From positions 3,891-67,890 of the forward strand of contig JAQSYP010000003.1 in NCBI GenBank assembly GCA_029256085.1: a DNA stretch of 64,000 nucleotides, written 5' to 3'. Below the pieces are notes generated by a model that did not search any database, was not told the DNA's origin, and saw nothing but the letters and a program-made list of their open reading frames with translations. This DNA comes from Bacillales bacterium (lineage in GTDB: Bacteria > Bacillota > Bacilli > CAJFEE01). Positions 59,658-64,000 of the stretch are shown here, in pieces. The translations under genes were made by a program, and so were the position numbers. Numbering within the stretch: the first letter of the stretch is position 1; each line of letters begins with the position of its first letter.

Positions 59658-60096
59658 GCTTTTGGACGCTTGCTTTCCGCGGCTGGAGTCAAGCGTCCTT
59701 CGCTCAAATATATACATTTAAATTACGTGGATTTTGCATTTTAATAATCACAACTCTAAAAATATCTAATTTTTCAGTGCCCTCACAAACTCGTTGTGGG
59801 GTATTGCTTAGCAGCCATACCCTCAGGGGAACTTATACCCTCAGATTCTTGAACATCAATTAATAAAATTGGTTTTTCAAGTGACCTGAAAAGATTAATT
59901 TATAACACGAAGTTAGAAACTGCTGGAAATGTATACATTTCCCCAGCGGGAACAGCACGAGCCGAAAATCCATTTTTGCAAGTTTACTTGCAAAAATTAG
60001 TTGAGGCCGTGCCCGCAGAAAGCGAGCAGTTTCTTCGAGTGTAATAATAATAATATTTTACTTTAATTTTTAAAGAGAAAGCGCAAATCAACACTT
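59658..60096 (-). repeat. Composite REP/BIME-like mosaic, inverted counterpart of 44017-44410 (B1 59916-60033, C 59766-59858, mini-B2 59658-59709)
   Basis: Module-by-module similarity to 44017-44410 and 52911-53028. Confidence 0.8.
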
Positions 60097-60246
60097 AAAA
60101 TAAATATTTATAACATAAATTTTTTGAAATTTGTAATTATCATAATAATCTACTAGCATATTTTGGTATTTTTTGATTATAATGTATGATATGGATTTTT
60201 GTATTTTTAATTCCGTAAATACGGAGATTGAAAGGAAGTGCCACTT

Positions 60247-60837
60247 TTGAACTTAGGATTATTATCAAAAGATGAAATAAGAGAAATGGCTCTTATAGAA
60301 TTAGCTTACGAAATATTAACTGCAAAAAAGCAAGCTAGCCAATTTAAAGACATACTAGATGAAATAGCACGCTTGAACGGTGTAACAACAGATGATTTAA
60401 GATCAAGAATTTCTCAGTTTTATACAGATTTAAATGTTGATGGCCGTTTCCTATGCGTAGGTGAAAACCAATGGGGACTTAGATTATGGTACCCGTTTGA
60501 GCAATCAGAAGATGAAATAATTGTTGCTCCTAAAGTAAAGAAGAAAAAAGGCAAAAAAGTCGTTATTGATGATTTCGAAGATATTGACGAAATTGCAGAA
60601 AATGAATTTATTTTAGAAGATGACGAAGATGCTTTCGATGACGTAGATGAAATCGAAGACATTGATGATGAAGAAGAATTTATTGAAGATGTAATAGATC
60701 CTGATCTAGATGAAGTCGATGAAGTAGATGATTTAGATGAGGAACTAATCGTTGATGAGCTACCATTAGAAATCGATGATGAGTTGGAAGTCGAAGAAGA
60801 TGAAGACCTACTTGATGATCCTGAGGAAGAAGAATAA
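60247..60837 (+). CDS. rpoE: RNA polymerase delta subunit
   Basis: SQFYTDLNVDGRF...GEN.WGLR.WYP, Lys tract, Asp/Glu-rich tail. Confidence 0.95.
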   Translation: MNLGLLSKDEIREMALIELAYEILTAKKQASQFKDILDEIARLNGVTTDDLRSRISQFYTDLNVDGRFLCVGENQWGLRLWYPFEQSEDEIIVAPKVKKKKGKKVVIDDFEDIDEIAENEFILEDDEDAFDDVDEIEDIDDEEEFIEDVIDPDLDEVDEVDDLDEELIVDELPLEIDDELEVEEDEDLLDDPEEEE

Positions 60838-60844
60838 TCAAATC

Positions 60845-60950
60845 TTGACAAGTCATTAAATTGCCGTTAAAATCATTTTTGGGCTCTATAAATATTTACT
60901 AAAACAAATTAGTTAATGCCTCCATATAATGGGGGCATTTTTTATTTTTT
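60845..60950 (+). promoter_or_regulatory. pyrG promoter and CTP-sensing attenuator leader
   Basis: TTGACA-17-TAAAAT; GGGC initially transcribed sequence at 60881; terminator ATGCCTCCAT-ATA-ATGGGGGCAT + T-tract. Confidence 0.85.
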
Positions 60951-61066
60951 ACAAATAAAAGCCATGGCTAGCACCCTTTGATGCTAGCCATAATTATTTA
61001 AAATTGCCTCTAAAATGTTTTATTTAAAAAATTTAAGAAAAGATATATTTATGGACTACGATCTAG

Positions 61067-62677
<1,611 letters not shown>

Positions 62678-62680
62678 TAA

Positions 62681-62714
62681 ATTCCCTTCCTACAAAAGTT
62701 AGGAAGGGAGTTTT
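62681..62714 (+). terminator. pyrG terminator
   Basis: TTCCCTTCCTA-CAAAAGT-TAGGAAGGGAG followed by T-tract. Confidence 0.8.
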
Positions 62715-62737
62715 ATTTTATTTTTTTAAAAAAAAAG

Positions 62738-62762
62738 AGGATTTTCTTTCAATTTAGCGAAT
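62738..62762 (+). promoter_or_regulatory. SigH promoter of spo0F
   Basis: AGGATTT-N14-GAAT. Confidence 0.65.
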
Positions 62763-62856
62763 TTATATTTGTTATGATAGTTTGTAAAAATCAATAATTA
62801 ATTCGAGAATATGAAAATAATTAAACTTTAAAGCTACTAGGGGAGTGTAAAAAAGG

Positions 62857-63243
62857 ATGACTCAAGGCAAAATTCTTATTGTAGATGATCAGTTTGGTAT
62901 TAGAATATTACTTACAGAAATTTTCAAGAAAGAAGGTTATAAAACCTTTCATGCGGCTAATGGGTTACAGGCCATAGATATAGTTCAATCTGAATCGCCT
63001 GACTTAATTCTTTTAGACATGAAAATTCCTGGAATGGATGGAATTGAAATACTAAGAAGAGTTAGACAAATTGATACAAAAGTTAAAGTTATAATTATGA
63101 CCGCATATGGTGAACTAGATATGATTCAGGAAGCCAAAAATTTAGGTGCGTTAACATATTTCTCTAAACCATTTGATATCGATGAAATTAGAACAGCTGT
63201 TAATGAATACTTAGGATTTAATAAGAATACCCAAATTATATAA
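62857..63243 (+). CDS. spo0F: Sporulation phosphotransferase Spo0F
   Basis: [43 protein letters not shown]. Confidence 0.96.
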   Translation: MTQGKILIVDDQFGIRILLTEIFKKEGYKTFHAANGLQAIDIVQSESPDLILLDMKIPGMDGIEILRRVRQIDTKVKVIIMTAYGELDMIQEAKNLGALTYFSKPFDIDEIRTAVNEYLGFNKNTQII

Positions 63244-63391
63244 AATTTTAGTATGGCATATCTTGTAAGAAATGCCATATTTTGCTATTCTACTTACGGA
63301 GCTCAGTGAAAATACATAATTGTTTTTTTATTTGCTAACAATAGCGAGGAGTCTTCGAATATTATTTGTTTCAAATAAGGAGGAGTAGTAA

Positions 63392-64000
63392 ATGCCTTTA
63401 GTAAATATGACAGATATGCTTAATACTGCTAAAGCAGGTGGATATGCTGTTGGTCAATTTAACATTAATAATCTAGAGTGGACACAAGCAATACTTAAAG
63501 CTGCTGAAGCTGAGAAATCACCGGTAATACTTGGTGTCTCTGAAGGTGCTGCACGCTATATGGGTGGTTTCAAAACTGTTGTTAAAATGGTTGAAGGACT
63601 ACTAGAAGATTATAAAATCACTGTTCCAGTTGCTATTCATTTAGATCACGGATCCAGCTATGACAAATGTATAGAAGCTATAGACGCAGGCTTTACTTCT
63701 GTTATGATTGATGCTTCACATGACCCGTTTGATCAAAATGTTGAAACGACTAAAAAAGTAGTAGACTATGCTCACTCAAAAGATGTTTCGGTTGAAGCAG
63801 AATTGGGGACTGTTGGTGGTCAAGAAGATGACGTGTCTGGAAGTATTATGTATGCAAATCCAGATGAATGTAAGGAACTAGTGGAACGTACTGGTATTGA
63901 TTGTTTAGCTCCAGCACTTGGATCAGTTCATGGTCCATACAAAGGTGAACCTAAGCTAGGTTTTGATGAGATGAAGCAAATTGGTGAGCTAACTAATATG
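63392..64000 (+). CDS. fba: Class II fructose-bisphosphate aldolase (3' truncated by window)
   Basis: [51 protein letters not shown]. Confidence 0.95.
   Translation, partial: MPLVNMTDMLNTAKAGGYAVGQFNINNLEWTQAILKAAEAEKSPVILGVSEGAARYMGGFKTVVKMVEGLLEDYKITVPVAIHLDHGSSYDKCIEAIDAGFTSVMIDASHDPFDQNVETTKKVVDYAHSKDVSVEAELGTVGGQEDDVSGSIMYANPDECKELVERTGIDCLAPALGSVHGPYKGEPKLGFDEMKQIGELTNM

Noticed and set aside
6833..60096. CRISPR array
   Set aside because: The repeats are dispersed and long, not regularly spaced with unique spacers; no cas genes
60420..60851. Ser-rich antisense ORF
   Set aside because: Shadow of the Asp/Glu-rich RpoE tail

Overview
Low-GC, spore-forming Bacillaceae chromosome segment. 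The right half follows the B. subtilis 'ywd-ywj' backbone (ung, ywdK, gerQ, cwlJ, hemQ, pta, rsfA, ywfO/ywgA, pbpG, speE/speB, uvsE, cls, fadF, rpoE, pyrG, spo0F, fba), but several usual genes are missing (lipL, ywhD, argS, mmgB/acdA block, ywjG). The left half has an Ile T-box-brnQ, an ABC-F ATPase, a kinase-isomerase-aldolase 5-deoxyribose/DHAP-shunt operon with an extra Cys-rich gene, yhbD/yhbE and glnK-amtB. The centre (about 12.8-37.1 kb) is an anaerobic-respiration block. It holds tRNA-Sec, selB and selA, and a Tat-exported selenocysteine formate dehydrogenase-N, whose in-frame UGA at 16515 with an E. coli-type SECIS joins two ORFs of the track. It also holds FdhD/FdhE/MobA and tandem MoeA, plus a complete System I (Ccm) cytochrome c maturation cluster, unusual for Bacilli. 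That cluster has a Cys-type CcmE, a non-canonical CcmH and three uncharacterised membrane proteins sharing a SHOCT/CcmI-like tail. Two non-coding repeat systems are present: a ~110-bp element always inserted directly after intrinsic terminators, and a ~400-bp three-module REP/BIME-like mosaic at sites of apparent gene loss. All calls are made by eye from motifs and synteny; no database searches were run.
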